Notes under the pieces: model-generated
Told to the model about the DNA's origin: nothing
What the model saw: only the letters and a program-made list of their open reading frames with translations
The model's database searches: none
Origin: an uncultured delta proteobacterium
GTDB taxonomy: Bacteria > Myxococcota > B64-G9
Direction of reading: 5' to 3'
Length of the DNA stretch: 64,000 nucleotides
NCBI GenBank assembly: GCA_963754925.1
Contig: CAVWHX010000012.1
Span: forward strand, 32,001-96,000
Position numbers and translations under genes: made by a program
In this document: one piece after another, positions 48,735 to 59,900 of the stretch
Numbering within the stretch: the first letter of the stretch is position 1
Layout of the letters: each line of letters begins with the position of its first letter

Positions 48735-49314
48735 GCTGGTAGCTCTTGAGCTGTAACGTGCTTTGCTCATGCAAATCGGCGCCGGTTTTGAGAATCGTTC
48801 GAATTTCGATGATCCCAACGGCGGGTGCAAACGTAAAGTACGTGAGCATCGCCCGGTTCTTGTCCAACTTGACTTCCATGCGCACGATCACGCAGTCGCC
48901 GAAGACACCGGCGTGAACGCGCACCTCCTGCCCCGTTGCCTCAATTTCGTAGTGCTCAACGGTCTTGACGTCGGCCACGCTCATCCATTTTTGTCCCCGC
49001 ATCATAGGACGCTTGAGCAGGTAGCGAATCTCTCCGTCGCGTAACCCAACGGTATCAAAGCGCATCCGACTCGGCGAGGGCCTATCATCGTAGAAATACC
49101 CGCCCTCCTCTTTAATTATTGACACCCTGAGGTCAGCCTGCGGCTGCGCCTGAAAACGGGTGGCATAGATCCACTCGTTTCCTACCGCGAGCGGCAGGAA
49201 CGATTCGATTGGGTAGCGGACCTTCGTATCTGCGCCAATCCCGACATGAGCGCATGCATGAACAAACAGCAACCCCAGCGACATCATGCCATACACCGGT
49301 ATTTTGCACTTCAT
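48706..49314 (-). CDS. hypothetical lipoprotein
   Basis: Lipobox-like VHAC; FLPLAVGNEWIY, VHAGVFGDC, FAPAVG. Confidence 0.65.
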   Translation of the reverse strand: MKCKIPVYGMMSLGLLFVHACAHVGIGADTKVRYPIESFLPLAVGNEWIYATRFQAQPQADLRVSIIKEEGGYFYDDRPSPSRMRFDTVGLRDGEIRYLLKRPMMRGQKWMSVADVKTVEHYEIEATGQEVRVHAGVFGDCVIVRMEVKLDKNRAMLTYFTFAPAVGIIEIRTILKTGADLHEQSTLQLKSYQLTTTHRVTP

Positions 49315-50381
49315 GATCCCCCCCCTCCCCGTTCTCCCGGATGATTGAGTGGTTGATAGGGAATGACGGCGGCTTTGGGCGGCACCTCGGGCGTCTGCGA
49401 CTGTTTCTCGGCTTTCTCTAATTGTTGCAGCGCCTCGGCGGCGCGTTCGCGGATAAGCGTCGACGTGAATCCAGACGCCACGGTAAAAAGGTACCCGCGC
49501 GCCACCGGGCCTCCGATCTCGGCCAACGCCGTAATCATCTGCAATAAGAACACCTGATCCCTTCCCTCGACTAACCGGATCAATGGTGCGACCGCGCGTT
49601 GTTCTTTATGAGCCACCACGACGCCAATGGCCTCCAGCACAATTTCCATATCGGGATCATCCAGCAACTTAAGCACCTGCGGCATGAGTTCATCGGCCTT
49701 GCGTTGCCGCAACGCACGCAACACATACAACCGTTGATCGCTCTTTTCGCTCTCCAAGAGCTCGCGTAAGCGTGCGAGAGGCAGGTCGCGGGTGTCGAGT
49801 TGAACATCGATATTCTCCACCGCTCCTTGAATAGCCTGCTCCAGGAGGAGATCAAAACCCTCCTCCGGTTCGATTTTCCTGGGATCTTGCACCTGGGAAG
49901 ATATTCCCCGCGATGCTAGTTGATCGCGTTCGTGATCATTGTTCCAGCGTGTGAGCGCTAACCCCACCTGGACCGATCGATAAACGCCGGGTTTTTCGGC
50001 GTTCAATGAATCGCGCTCAAGCACTTCGTTGACCAGTAACTCCAACCGGTACGTATGGTACGGTTCGTCCTGGTCGGTTAGCACCAGCTGCCGGCTCTCC
50101 TGAATGGCTTTTTCCAAGATATGACGCAGGCGCGTCGGATCAAACCGTCCGCCGCTCACCTCACCTGAAGCCTGGTCGTCTATGTTTTGGATAATCACTG
50201 CCAGGCGCTTGCCTGCCTGGCCACGACAATCGGCCAACCAAACGAGCCCAAGCAGGCAAATCCAAGTGCCCCGCAGGACAAGAGATTGGCCACAAGCTCT
50301 AATCCCTAAAGGGATAAGAGATTGTAAACCTCGCTCCGCTCGGTAACAATCTCTAGCCCTATGCGACCGAAGCCAAAACAT
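49311..50381 (-). CDS. HEAT-repeat lipoprotein with a palindromic element in its 5' end
   Basis: C-terminal HEAT/PBS repeats; probable ATG at 50381 with GAGGA RBS; LADC lipobox-like motif. Start position is inferred. Confidence 0.65.
   Translation of the reverse strand: MFWLRSHRARDCYRAERGLQSLIPLGIRACGQSLVLRGTWICLLGLVWLADCRGQAGKRLAVIIQNIDDQASGEVSGGRFDPTRLRHILEKAIQESRQLVLTDQDEPYHTYRLELLVNEVLERDSLNAEKPGVYRSVQVGLALTRWNNDHERDQLASRGISSQVQDPRKIEPEEGFDLLLEQAIQGAVENIDVQLDTRDLPLARLRELLESEKSDQRLYVLRALRQRKADELMPQVLKLLDDPDMEIVLEAIGVVVAHKEQRAVAPLIRLVEGRDQVFLLQMITALAEIGGPVARGYLFTVASGFTSTLIRERAAEALQQLEKAEKQSQTPEVPPKAAVIPYQPLNHPGERGGGGS
50276..50356. repeat. two-hairpin element plus a partial copy
   Basis: ATCCCTAAAGGGATAAGAGATTGT...ACAATCTCTAG, read as RDCYRAERGLQSLIPLG. 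Confidence 0.85.
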
Positions 50382-51060
50382 CCGTGGATTCCTCAAGCGC
50401 CAGAGCGGGCTCGACCTTCCTTCCCAGCTTTCCGCCAAACATCTCCGCCACCAGCAATGCGAGCTCCTCTGCCGCTTGGCGTAGTTCGGGCGCCTGCACG
50501 CCCAAAGCCGCCAGAGAGGTCGTTTGCAGGTTTTCAAGTCCGCACGCAACGATTGTTTTATAGTATGACAGATCTGTCGCTAGATTAAGAGCAAACCCGT
50601 GCGTCGAAATACGCCGAGAAAGGTGAAACCCCACCGCGGCGATCTTACGCCGGTCTACCCACACACCTGGGTGAAGATCCGACCAGCGCGCCTTAACGTG
50701 ATAACGTTCTAAAAAGTGAATTATTGCCTCGGCGTGCCCCCGCACCCATTGAGGCACCGAGCAACGCATCTGATCAAGAAACGCTACGGGATAACCCACC
50801 AACTGACCCGGACCGTGGTAGGTAATCCCACCGCCACGCCGAACCCAATGGACCCCGATGCCGCGCCTTTTGTACTCATCCTCGGACAGTTTTAGGTGGG
50901 CTCTTCTGGCGCCGCGCCCGAGAGTTATGGTAGGCGGATGCTCAAGCAAAAACAACCGTGGGTTGGCTCCCTGGGCAACTTTCCGCGCATAGGCGTATTG
51001 CATCGCAAGAGCCCGTTGGTACGGCACGGTGCCGAGAAAAGTCCACTCCCAATCATTCAT
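50359..51060 (-). CDS. lipB: lipoyl(octanoyl) transferase
   Basis: LEHPPTITLG, RGGGITYHGPGQLVGYP, KIAAVG, HGFALN, ACG. Confidence 0.95.
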   Translation of the reverse strand: MNDWEWTFLGTVPYQRALAMQYAYARKVAQGANPRLFLLEHPPTITLGRGARRAHLKLSEDEYKRRGIGVHWVRRGGGITYHGPGQLVGYPVAFLDQMRCSVPQWVRGHAEAIIHFLERYHVKARWSDLHPGVWVDRRKIAAVGFHLSRRISTHGFALNLATDLSYYKTIVACGLENLQTTSLAALGVQAPELRQAAEELALLVAEMFGGKLGRKVEPALALEESTDVLASVA

Positions 51061-51072
51061 TCGACATACTCA

Positions 51073-51804
51073 TCATACACCGAGAAACAAACGTTTACCA
51101 AAGTTTGCCGCCAGATTGGCTGAAAATATTTTTTTTGCCGCGGATTCAATGTCGTATTCCGCTCGGTGATATTCGAACACCCGGGTATCGTTATCGAATA
51201 CGGTGTAGCACGCACGGTTATCATAGTCACGCGGCTGACCGACGCTGCCGTCGGTGAGAACATATTTTCGGTGACGCCGCAAACCAAAGCGGCGGGCCAC
51301 GACTTCGTTGACCTCCCCGATCGAGAGCGCAAACGATTTGGTAAGATGGGAGTGGCCAATGAAGTTAACATCAGCGATTTGATCGTAGTGACCCAACAAC
51401 TCTAATGCTTGACTGATGGTAAAGATATAATCAAAATCCTCGGGAACTATTGGGCTTCCGTGACTGAAACAAAGGTCGTCCATATTCACTAGATACGGCA
51501 ACTCACGCAACCAGGCGCGGTTTTCTGGAGTTAATTGGTCCACACACCAATCCAACGCATCGCGCGCCTCCTGGTAATAGTAACTGTAATCCATGAGGCC
51601 TGCCACGGCTGCGTCATGGTTTCCTAACACGACCACCGAGGCAAGGCCCTTCACGATGTCACAGCACTCGTTTGGATTGGCGCCGTAGCCAACCACATCT
51701 CCAAGGCAAATATACGTATCGATTCGCTTGTCCTGGTAACCTGCGATCACCGCCTGAAGCGCCTCCAGGTTGGAATGCACATCGGAGAAAACACCAAGAC
51801 GCAT
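51073..51804 (-). CDS. calcineurin-like metallophosphoesterase
   Basis: SDVHSN, GDVVGYG, GNHD, HGSP, GHSH, GSVGQPRD. Confidence 0.92.
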   Translation of the reverse strand: MRLGVFSDVHSNLEALQAVIAGYQDKRIDTYICLGDVVGYGANPNECCDIVKGLASVVVLGNHDAAVAGLMDYSYYYQEARDALDWCVDQLTPENRAWLRELPYLVNMDDLCFSHGSPIVPEDFDYIFTISQALELLGHYDQIADVNFIGHSHLTKSFALSIGEVNEVVARRFGLRRHRKYVLTDGSVGQPRDYDNRACYTVFDNDTRVFEYHRAEYDIESAAKKIFSANLAANFGKRLFLGV

Positions 51805-51889
51805 AGATTCCTCCGGCATCGTGCCGAAAGTTCTCGGTACCGTAACATGAGCTATGCTACCGCGCAAGCGAATCGTAGGGAAAAGGGGG

Positions 51890-53711
51890 TTACCCACCCA
51901 ATTTGAGTGGAAGTCTCGGAACCTCGATGGGCTAACCGGTAAATCGCGGAAATTTCATTGCTTTAATAACATAGGTAATACAGTTGGCGACAAATGTCCC
52001 TCGATGCTCCTCGGAGAGTGTATTGACCGTGTTAACCCGACCGTTATTCTCAATAATAAATGAAATAAGCATCGTCCCGGTAATCGAGGGATCGCGCTGT
52101 TGCTGTTGCTCGACACAGCTTTTCATCTGATCGATTTTTCCCCGGATCACCCCTTTGATCTGCTCATTGGTCAAGGTGTTGGGAAGATTGGCGCTGTCTT
52201 CAGCGCCTCCCGATGTGGTTTGGGATAAAGCAGACTTTTTATGTGAATCTTTAGCGGCGATTGGTTGAGCTGAACGTTTAGACGGGGCGGTAGTTATTTT
52301 TTCTTCTGATTTTTTCGGCAGGTCTCTTAAGGAAGTTGTCGCTTTGGTTTCTTTTGACCTCCGCTACCTTAATAGGCGATTTTTCGACGGTCGTTTCAGC
52401 TTGCTTAACCGCTGGTTCTTTTTTTTCTGCCGAATCCTCCCGCGAGGCCCTAACCCCTACGGTCGCGCTACTGGTATTCGCTACATTCGTCGGCGGCAAG
52501 CCTTTGTCATTAACGTTCAAATTTTGTTTGTTTTCTTCCCTGCCCGTTACAGCCGCTTGAACGTCGCCAATCGGAAGTTTGAGGGAATTAATCATAGGGG
52601 CTGCTGAATTCTCACTGACTGCAATACCTTTCGGCCGCCCGATCGCCGACGCCGTTGAACCGTTCGCGTTTGTTTGTGAACGGGTGGCCAAATGGTAGAC
52701 GATGATGCTGATTACCAGAACGAGCGCTGCTGCAATCACTGAACCGAGCAGTATCTTTCTGGTCGAGCTTCCGCCGCCACCAAGATACTTCGGTTTGACG
52801 ATTACCTGGCTGAAACCGGTATGTTGAGTCTGGAATATAGATTCGTGTTTCTCGGAAGAAACCTCACTGGCGGTTTCATCGCGCTCCCAGGGCGGCACCT
52901 CGTCAGATACCAAGGTAGAGAGAACACCCTGGGGCTTTTTTGGATGCTCCTGGTCCGCGGGTTCTATACCCGTGACCGATGCCAGTTCCTTTTCAACGAG
53001 CGCGGTCAGCGAAAAATCACCGGTACCCGTCGCTGGCGGATTTTCCGGCGCAGCCGTGACGGTATTTGAGTCTGGGGTCGCCTGTTCTCTCGATGGGACG
53101 TTCAATCCCAGGATCTCTCGCAGCTGCGGCAGCTCTTGCAACGACTGCCAATCCTCCATACCCTGGCGCCAAACCAGGCTGTTTGCATCAATCAGTCGAT
53201 TGTTGAGTTTTTCCTTGAGCTCCGCAAGAGAAAACGGCCCGACTTGCTTGTTGTCAATGGCCGCATACCAGTCTTCACCTGCCTCAGGTTTTTCGGTCGA
53301 TGGCTCAGAACTGCCCCCGAGGTTATCGAATACGTGATCTATTTTTTCATGTTCCCGTTCCGGAGTCGTCGGTCCACTTTGGGCGCGCAGCCGATCAAGT
53401 TCGTGCAAATCAACGATCTCTGTTTGGCGCTCATCGGCTTCGTTTGCCTGTCTAGAATCGAGGCCATCCTTCATCAGTTGGTCGAAGGCCTGTCCCAGCT
53501 CGTCCCCATCGGGAACGGCCGTGGCGTCGGGCTTTTGGCTGACCCGCGCGGCGGACGATGGGTTCGTCGCGACCGCCTCCGTACGCGCACTCGTTGAACG
53601 TAAGGTGATCATGTTGCCACAACGTTTACAACGGACTTTGATGCTCTTGTGCCCAACCTTATCATCCGAAATCATGTATTGGGTTTGGCAGTTATCGCAA
53701 ACAAACTTCAT
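51890..53711 (-). CDS. gltJ: GltJ/AgmX-like gliding protein (Zn-ribbon, GYF_2, TM, TonB-C-like); frameshift near 52312 and in-frame TAG at 51932
   Basis: CDNC...CKRC, WYAAIDNKQVGP...LVWRQGMEDW, TM helix; the C-domain MKSCVEQ...NCI...FPRF lies in the next frame; directly downstream of the giant TPR gene. Confidence 0.75.
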
Positions 53712-53765
53712 TGACTACATCCTTGGGCCTGGGGTTTTCCCCTATTCAGATTAGACGATGCATGG

Positions 53766-53787
53766 TAAAGGATAGTTCTATCCTTTA
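53766..53787. promoter_or_regulatory. perfect inverted repeat upstream of gltJ
   Basis: TAAAGGATAG-TT-CTATCCTTTA. Confidence 0.5.
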
Positions 53788-53990
53788 GGATATGATATCA
53801 AGATCAGGCGTTGACCTCAAGTTTACGCACTCCCTCGCAGCCAACTGACAAATAAAACAGTGAGATCAGTATAAGTTAAACCGATCCAACACTTCCGGTT
53901 AACCTCTTCAAAACTGAGTATCATTGAGGTGAAAAATGCCAACGCAGGTTTCAGTCTGATACGGTCTTTAGCTTACCTTTTCGAATGGCC

Positions 53991-56900
53991 TCAGGTTTTC
54001 GCAACCGTCAATCCAATTGCCTCTCGTAAGGCGAGGTATTCTTGGCTCGAAGCGAATTGCAGAATATCGCGGATTTTCTGAATGGGACGTGAAGGGGTCA
54101 ATCCCCGTGTCTCACCTTTCAAGATACTCAACGCAACACCCACGTCATTGCACGCCACAAATCCAGCTCGGTTGACCGAGTGTTCCACAGCTTCGAGCCA
54201 TCGGCGGAGGTCGTGATTCTTCGCATCCTTCAAATAATCGTTCGCCGCCTTCTGAAGCAGATTCAGCCCGGCGTTGTCTAGATGCCGTTTTATGTTGTCG
54301 CTGGCTCGCTCAATCCCTTTCGAATCACCCTCCCCCCGGTAATTGGAATCCACCATGAGGCATACCGCATCCAACAAATTGGAGAGCTCAGAGAGCGGTA
54401 GGGCGCTGGCTAAAATAAATTCCCGGCGGATCATCGCGAGCACCCGGCCGATGTAGAAAAGCAGATGCCGTTGTTTGTCCTCGCGGAAGACATCCCGGTA
54501 TGCTATGATTACGGTTGGTTTGGTCAACGCTATCACCAACCCCGGCGGAACCTGTGGATCTTCGTCCTTGAGAGAGTACACCTCGATTTCTGGTCCGCCG
54601 AGGATCTTAGCACCGATGCGAAAGTTGTGGCAAAACAGGCTCCGATCCCGAGCCAGATCCAGAAGCTGCCCGCCGCGCCGACGCAAATTAAGATCCTTGG
54701 AGTCCACCACGAACATCGACGCAGCGTAGCCAAAGAGCGTGGCGAAGATTCGGGTTGTGGGAACCTTGACATTGGGGTGGGCCAGCAGTTTTTCCCAGAT
54801 TTGGTCGCCAATCGGCCGCGCGGCAACATCGGGCGCTTTTTTCGAGTAGAAACCTATTATTTTTTGCTCTTCTTCGTCAGCCTGCTTCAGGTGCCGCAGA
54901 ATCAAAGCCAAGGTGTAAACTTTGTCATATTCCTTTTTGCCTTTATATAACTTCGAGAGGGAACGATAGCTACCGATGCGATCAACCGAGATGGCCAACA
55001 CGCGGTGGTGGATGGCAACGGCCTCTTCGGGTTTTGAATCTTCCAGGAGGTCTCCCAAGGTCGCCAGCGCCTCCACGTCCTCAGGATCGAGTGAGGTGAT
55101 CATCCGATAGGCATCGATCGCCTCATTGAAGTTCCTAAGAGCCCGACACAGTCCGGCCAAGTCCTTCCAAAGCGCCAGTTTGGTTTTACGCGCCTCGATC
55201 GGCATGCGTTTGATCATTCTGACGTAGTTGTTCTTCAATGATAACCAATCTTTACATCGGGAAAGGATGGTGACGATCGCCTCAAACGCCCTCACCGCCG
55301 ATGGATCAATGTCCAACGCGGCGTTGAGATGCAATACGGCGTTTGATTCATCGTGGAGCTGGTCGCTGAGAACCTGCCCCATCTGGATGTGGTACTCGAC
55401 GCGACGACTCGGCCGGCTTTCTACCTGAATCAACTGTTCCAGCACCTCGACCGCCTTTTGATGTTGCTGGGTATCAGCGTACACCTTCAGCAGTCCAGAC
55501 AGTACGTCGAGGTTGTCGGGCCTAAGGCGCAGGGCCCCTTGCAGGGCCTCGGCAGCGCGGAAAGAATCCTGCAACTTGTCCGAGCAGATCTGGGCCAGGT
55601 GGATATACCATTCGAACAGATCGTCCCCCCCCATCACCTCCGCCAATCGCACGCCGCAGTCGTACGCTTCCTCCCACTTCTCCTGTTCTTCATAGATACG
55701 TGCCAATGATTGCAGCGACGCTTGATGTTGGTCATCGATCTCCAGCGCCTTGTTGAAGTTTCCCGTGGCGCGTTCGGTTTCACCGAGATGGTGGCTCACG
55801 TTGCCGATTTGCCAATAGAGCTCAGCCACCTCAGCATCGGATAGGCTATCGCGGTGGTGGATCAGCAATGCTTGATACACGCGATACGCTTCTTCCCAAC
55901 GCTGGGCCTTGAGTAATGCGTTACCTAACCCCTCCAGGGCGGGCAAGTAGGTAGCATCCAACTCGTTGGAGAGCCGATAATTCGCGAGCGCTTTCTCCTC
56001 GTTGTTCAGTTTTTCGGTGATATACCCGAGTCGGTAGTACTGGCGGCAGAGCTCTTTGGTATCGGTGTGGCGATCTAAGCCGGCTACAACTATTTCCATC
56101 ATCGCCTCGGCCTGCTCCCATTCTTCTGTGCGGAAGTAAATATCGGCCAATGGCTTTGCGGCCGGCAGATAGTCAGGGGTACAGCGCAGCGCCTGTTCAT
56201 AGTAGCTCGCCGCCCGGCGCATGTCGTCCCGCTGCTCTTGAAAAAACTTACCGATTTCAAACAGCAGGCGAGTTTTCTCCTCGGTGTCTTCGGTGTGCTC
56301 GGCCTCCTGGATGAGCATTTCCTGGTAACGCTCGTTGTCCTTTTCGAGGTAGTAGATCAGTTTGAGGGCTTTGATGGCCGGCAGGTAGGATGGATCGATA
56401 GCCAGCGCCCGGGTATATGCTTCGCGCGATGCCGAAGAATCAAGCAGCATATCTTCGTTGATCTTACCCAGGCGGTAGAACAACTGCACGGCGTCGGCGG
56501 TCGCTCCACAGAGCTCGGCCTCTCGTTTGAGCATATCGATTGCCGTAAACCAATTGCCGCTCTTCTCGTACAGTTGTCCGAGGGCGTGTATGGCCGGTCG
56601 TGAGTGCGGATCTATTTCGAGGGCCTTGATAAAAACCTCCTCGGCCCTGTCTGCCCGGTTGAGGTCATGATATAAAATCTCACCTATCGCCAGGTGAATT
56701 TCTACGAGCTCTGCGGGGGCATCTATCAAAGCGACATGCCGATAGTACAAATCGATCAATCGATTGAAATCGCCTAATCGACGTACGAGCCGCTCGAGGG
56801 TTTTGATGGCGAATAAATTCGCTGGATCCAACTCGAGAATGCGGTCATAGGTCGCAGCCGCTTGCTGAACGTCGTCGAACCGCTCCTCCCGGAGGCTCCC

Positions 56901-59900
56901 GAGCTTGTTGAGGGTCTTGATCTTCTCTTCGACATCGGGAACCAATTCCACCTGCTGATCAAACACCTGCAACAAGTCGGTCGTGCGATCCAGCTTGGTG
57001 TAGATGCGCTCGAGCGATTTGAGGCTGTCAAGGTGCGTCGGTTCAACCTCGAGTACCTGACGATAGGCACCGATTGCCTCTTCGTCGTTGTTGAGCTGAC
57101 TTTCCCAAATACCGCCTATTTGGAATAGTTGCCTAATCGTCTCACTGCGGTCACCGGTCTGATCGGCGATACGCCGCATGACGAGGATTAGATCCAACCA
57201 GCGTTCTTCCTTCTGGTAGAGCCGCATCAATTCCTGGATAGTGGGCTCGTCGCGCCCGTCGAGCTCCAGAATGCGTCGCAGGCTCTCGATCGCCAAATCA
57301 GGACGCCGCAGCTTCTGTTCTTGCAGTGAAGCTATCTGCCGGCGGATATCTTTACGCTCCTCGAGCTCGTCGCTACGGGTGTACTTGGTCTCCAACACAT
57401 GGATCAAGTCCTCCACCCGCTCCTGTTGACGATAGAGCTCGGCGAGGCGATCCAACGAAGAGAGATCGCGTTTGTCCAATTCCACCGCCCGGCGAAGGTT
57501 CTCCTCGGCCGCTGTGGGATTGTTGAGATGCTTGAGATGTATTTCAGCGATCTTCTGGAAGAAACGCACCGCCCGCGGGCCGGCCGCGACCTCTTCGGTG
57601 GCATTGTGGAGCTCATCAAGGAACGTCTCGTAGTCCTCGGTCTGAGCCGCGAGATCTTCGAGCCGTGACAGCACGACGTCGTCGCTAAAATCCTCGCGGA
57701 AAGCCGCGCAGTAACGCGCGAAGGCCAACGCTTTTTGTCCGAGATTGCGCTCGTAGATTTCGGCAATTATTTTGATCTGGTTGACGCGATCCTTTCGTTC
57801 GCGGATGTGCTGCAAGCGCGACTCGAGCAGGGTAGCCAACCGGCGCCATTCCTTGCTGCCGCGGTAGATTTCCTCGGCCGCTCGAAAGGCTTCTTCGTGA
57901 AAGGGATCTGTCTCGAGGATCTTTTCATAAGCTGGCGCTGCTCCCAGAGGCCGCCCGATCTTGTCTTTCCACACGGCTGCGACGTCCAGCAGCAAAGTAA
58001 TTTTATCCGCGGCGATCGCTTTACGCTCGGCCTCCTGTTCAAGGATACTAACCGCCTCGTTCCAGGCGCCGTTGAGCTTGAAGATACGCACCAGTCGCTC
58101 GAGATCGGCGTCGGTGTGCGGCTCAATGTCCAACGCGCGTTTGGCCGCCTCAATCGCCCGGTCACGGTTTGCCAGCTTTTCGCCAAGAATATCAGCCATC
58201 TCTAGGCGGAGGCTCTTGACGCCGATCAGATCTTTCTGCGTATTCACCAGCCGGGTCAGCACCTTGAGCAAGTTGTCCCACTGACCGGTCGCCGTGAAAA
58301 TACTCCTGAGAGCTTGCAAGGCCGTTAGATTCTTCGGGTCGAGGCGCAACACCTCCTGCCAATTCTTGATGGCTTCATCGTATTGACCCAGCTTTTCACC
58401 CTTGACCCACCCCAGGCGACCGGAGAGCACGGCCATACGCTCGGGATCGACAACGCGCTTGAGGCGGGTTTGGATCAACTGCACCAACTCGCTCCAACGC
58501 TCGGTGCGCTCATACAGCGTATCGAGCGCATCGCAGGCGTCTTCTCGTTGGGCGTCCATCGACAGCAGGCGCTTCCACAACTCTATCGCTTCGTCCGGAC
58601 GATTGAGCTGGTTCGCCGCCAGATCGGCCATGCGGGCTATCAACTCACCCTTTTCCGCCGTATCGGTGGCCAACTCCAAATGTGACCGCAGCGCCTCGTA
58701 GAGGGCTTGGTGCTCCCCTTGGTCGGCGTACGCGCGCTCAAGCATGCGTACGCTCTCAAGGTGCGTCGGGTCGAGATCGAGCGCCCGCCGAAAGTAACCG
58801 ATAGATTTTCCGGATTGCTTGAGCTGAGAAATCAGCACCACTCCCGCCCGATAGAGCAACGGCACCTGATCGCTGGCGGGGACGGCGCTTGAAAGCCTTG
58901 AAAGCACATCGACCAGATCCTCATGCGCCTGGCGCTGTTCAAAAATCCTCTCGAGCGCTTTGAGCGCGGTCAAGTTTTTGCTGTCAAATTTCAGCGCCGC
59001 TTTGTAACAACGCAGCGTCGTCTCAGAATCACCGCTCTGATCCTCGTGAATCTGCGCCAATTTGAGCGCGATCGCCGCGCCGACACTCGGCTCTTCGATG
59101 TTGTCGAGCTCTTCCTCGTAGACGGCTGCGAGCACCTCACGGCTCTCGTCCTCGGCGGCAATACGTTCGAGCTGGGTGCGTACTCCCGCGTTGGTGGGAT
59201 CCTCGTGAAACATACGCACATAGGTATTAACGCCACCGTACGCGCCCCAAGCTTTTCCTCTTGAACTTGGGCGATGGTACCGAGCAACTCCATGCGACGG
59301 GTCAACACCCGCGATTGATCCACGTGACGTTCGAGCAACCCAACATATTTTTTCCACTCGCCCGTGCGCTCGTAGGCCGACTCAAGCAGGGTTCCGCTGC
59401 CCTCAAGCGTCCGCCCATCAGCGATAGCCGTCTCCAAATGCCGGATAGTGGCGACATGGCTTGGATCGCTCTGGAGCACATCACGATACAACAACATGGC
59501 TTTGCGTTGATCGTTGAACTCCTGCTCGAACAAGGTTCCCAAACGAAAGCGCAGGTCCAAGCTCTCCGGACGCTCACCTCGTTTATCAAGCAACCGGATC
59601 TGGGCCACCAACACCTCGACCAACTCCCGCAATCGGCCATGCTGGGTACACAGTCGATCGAGCGCCCGCAGGGCGGCGAGGTCTTCTGGCTGCTGCTCGA
59701 GGACTTCGCGGTAGGTAAGTATCACCGCGTTGATATCATGGAGATTTTCTTCCTGAATACCGCCCACTTCGTATAACAGTCTGGAGCGCTCCTCGGGGGT
59801 GGAAGCCAGCTTTACCCGCCGCCGTAGCACATCGGCTAACGCCTCAAACTCGCCGCGTTGGCGGTGAATACGTTCGAGCGCTAACAACGCATCGTTATCT

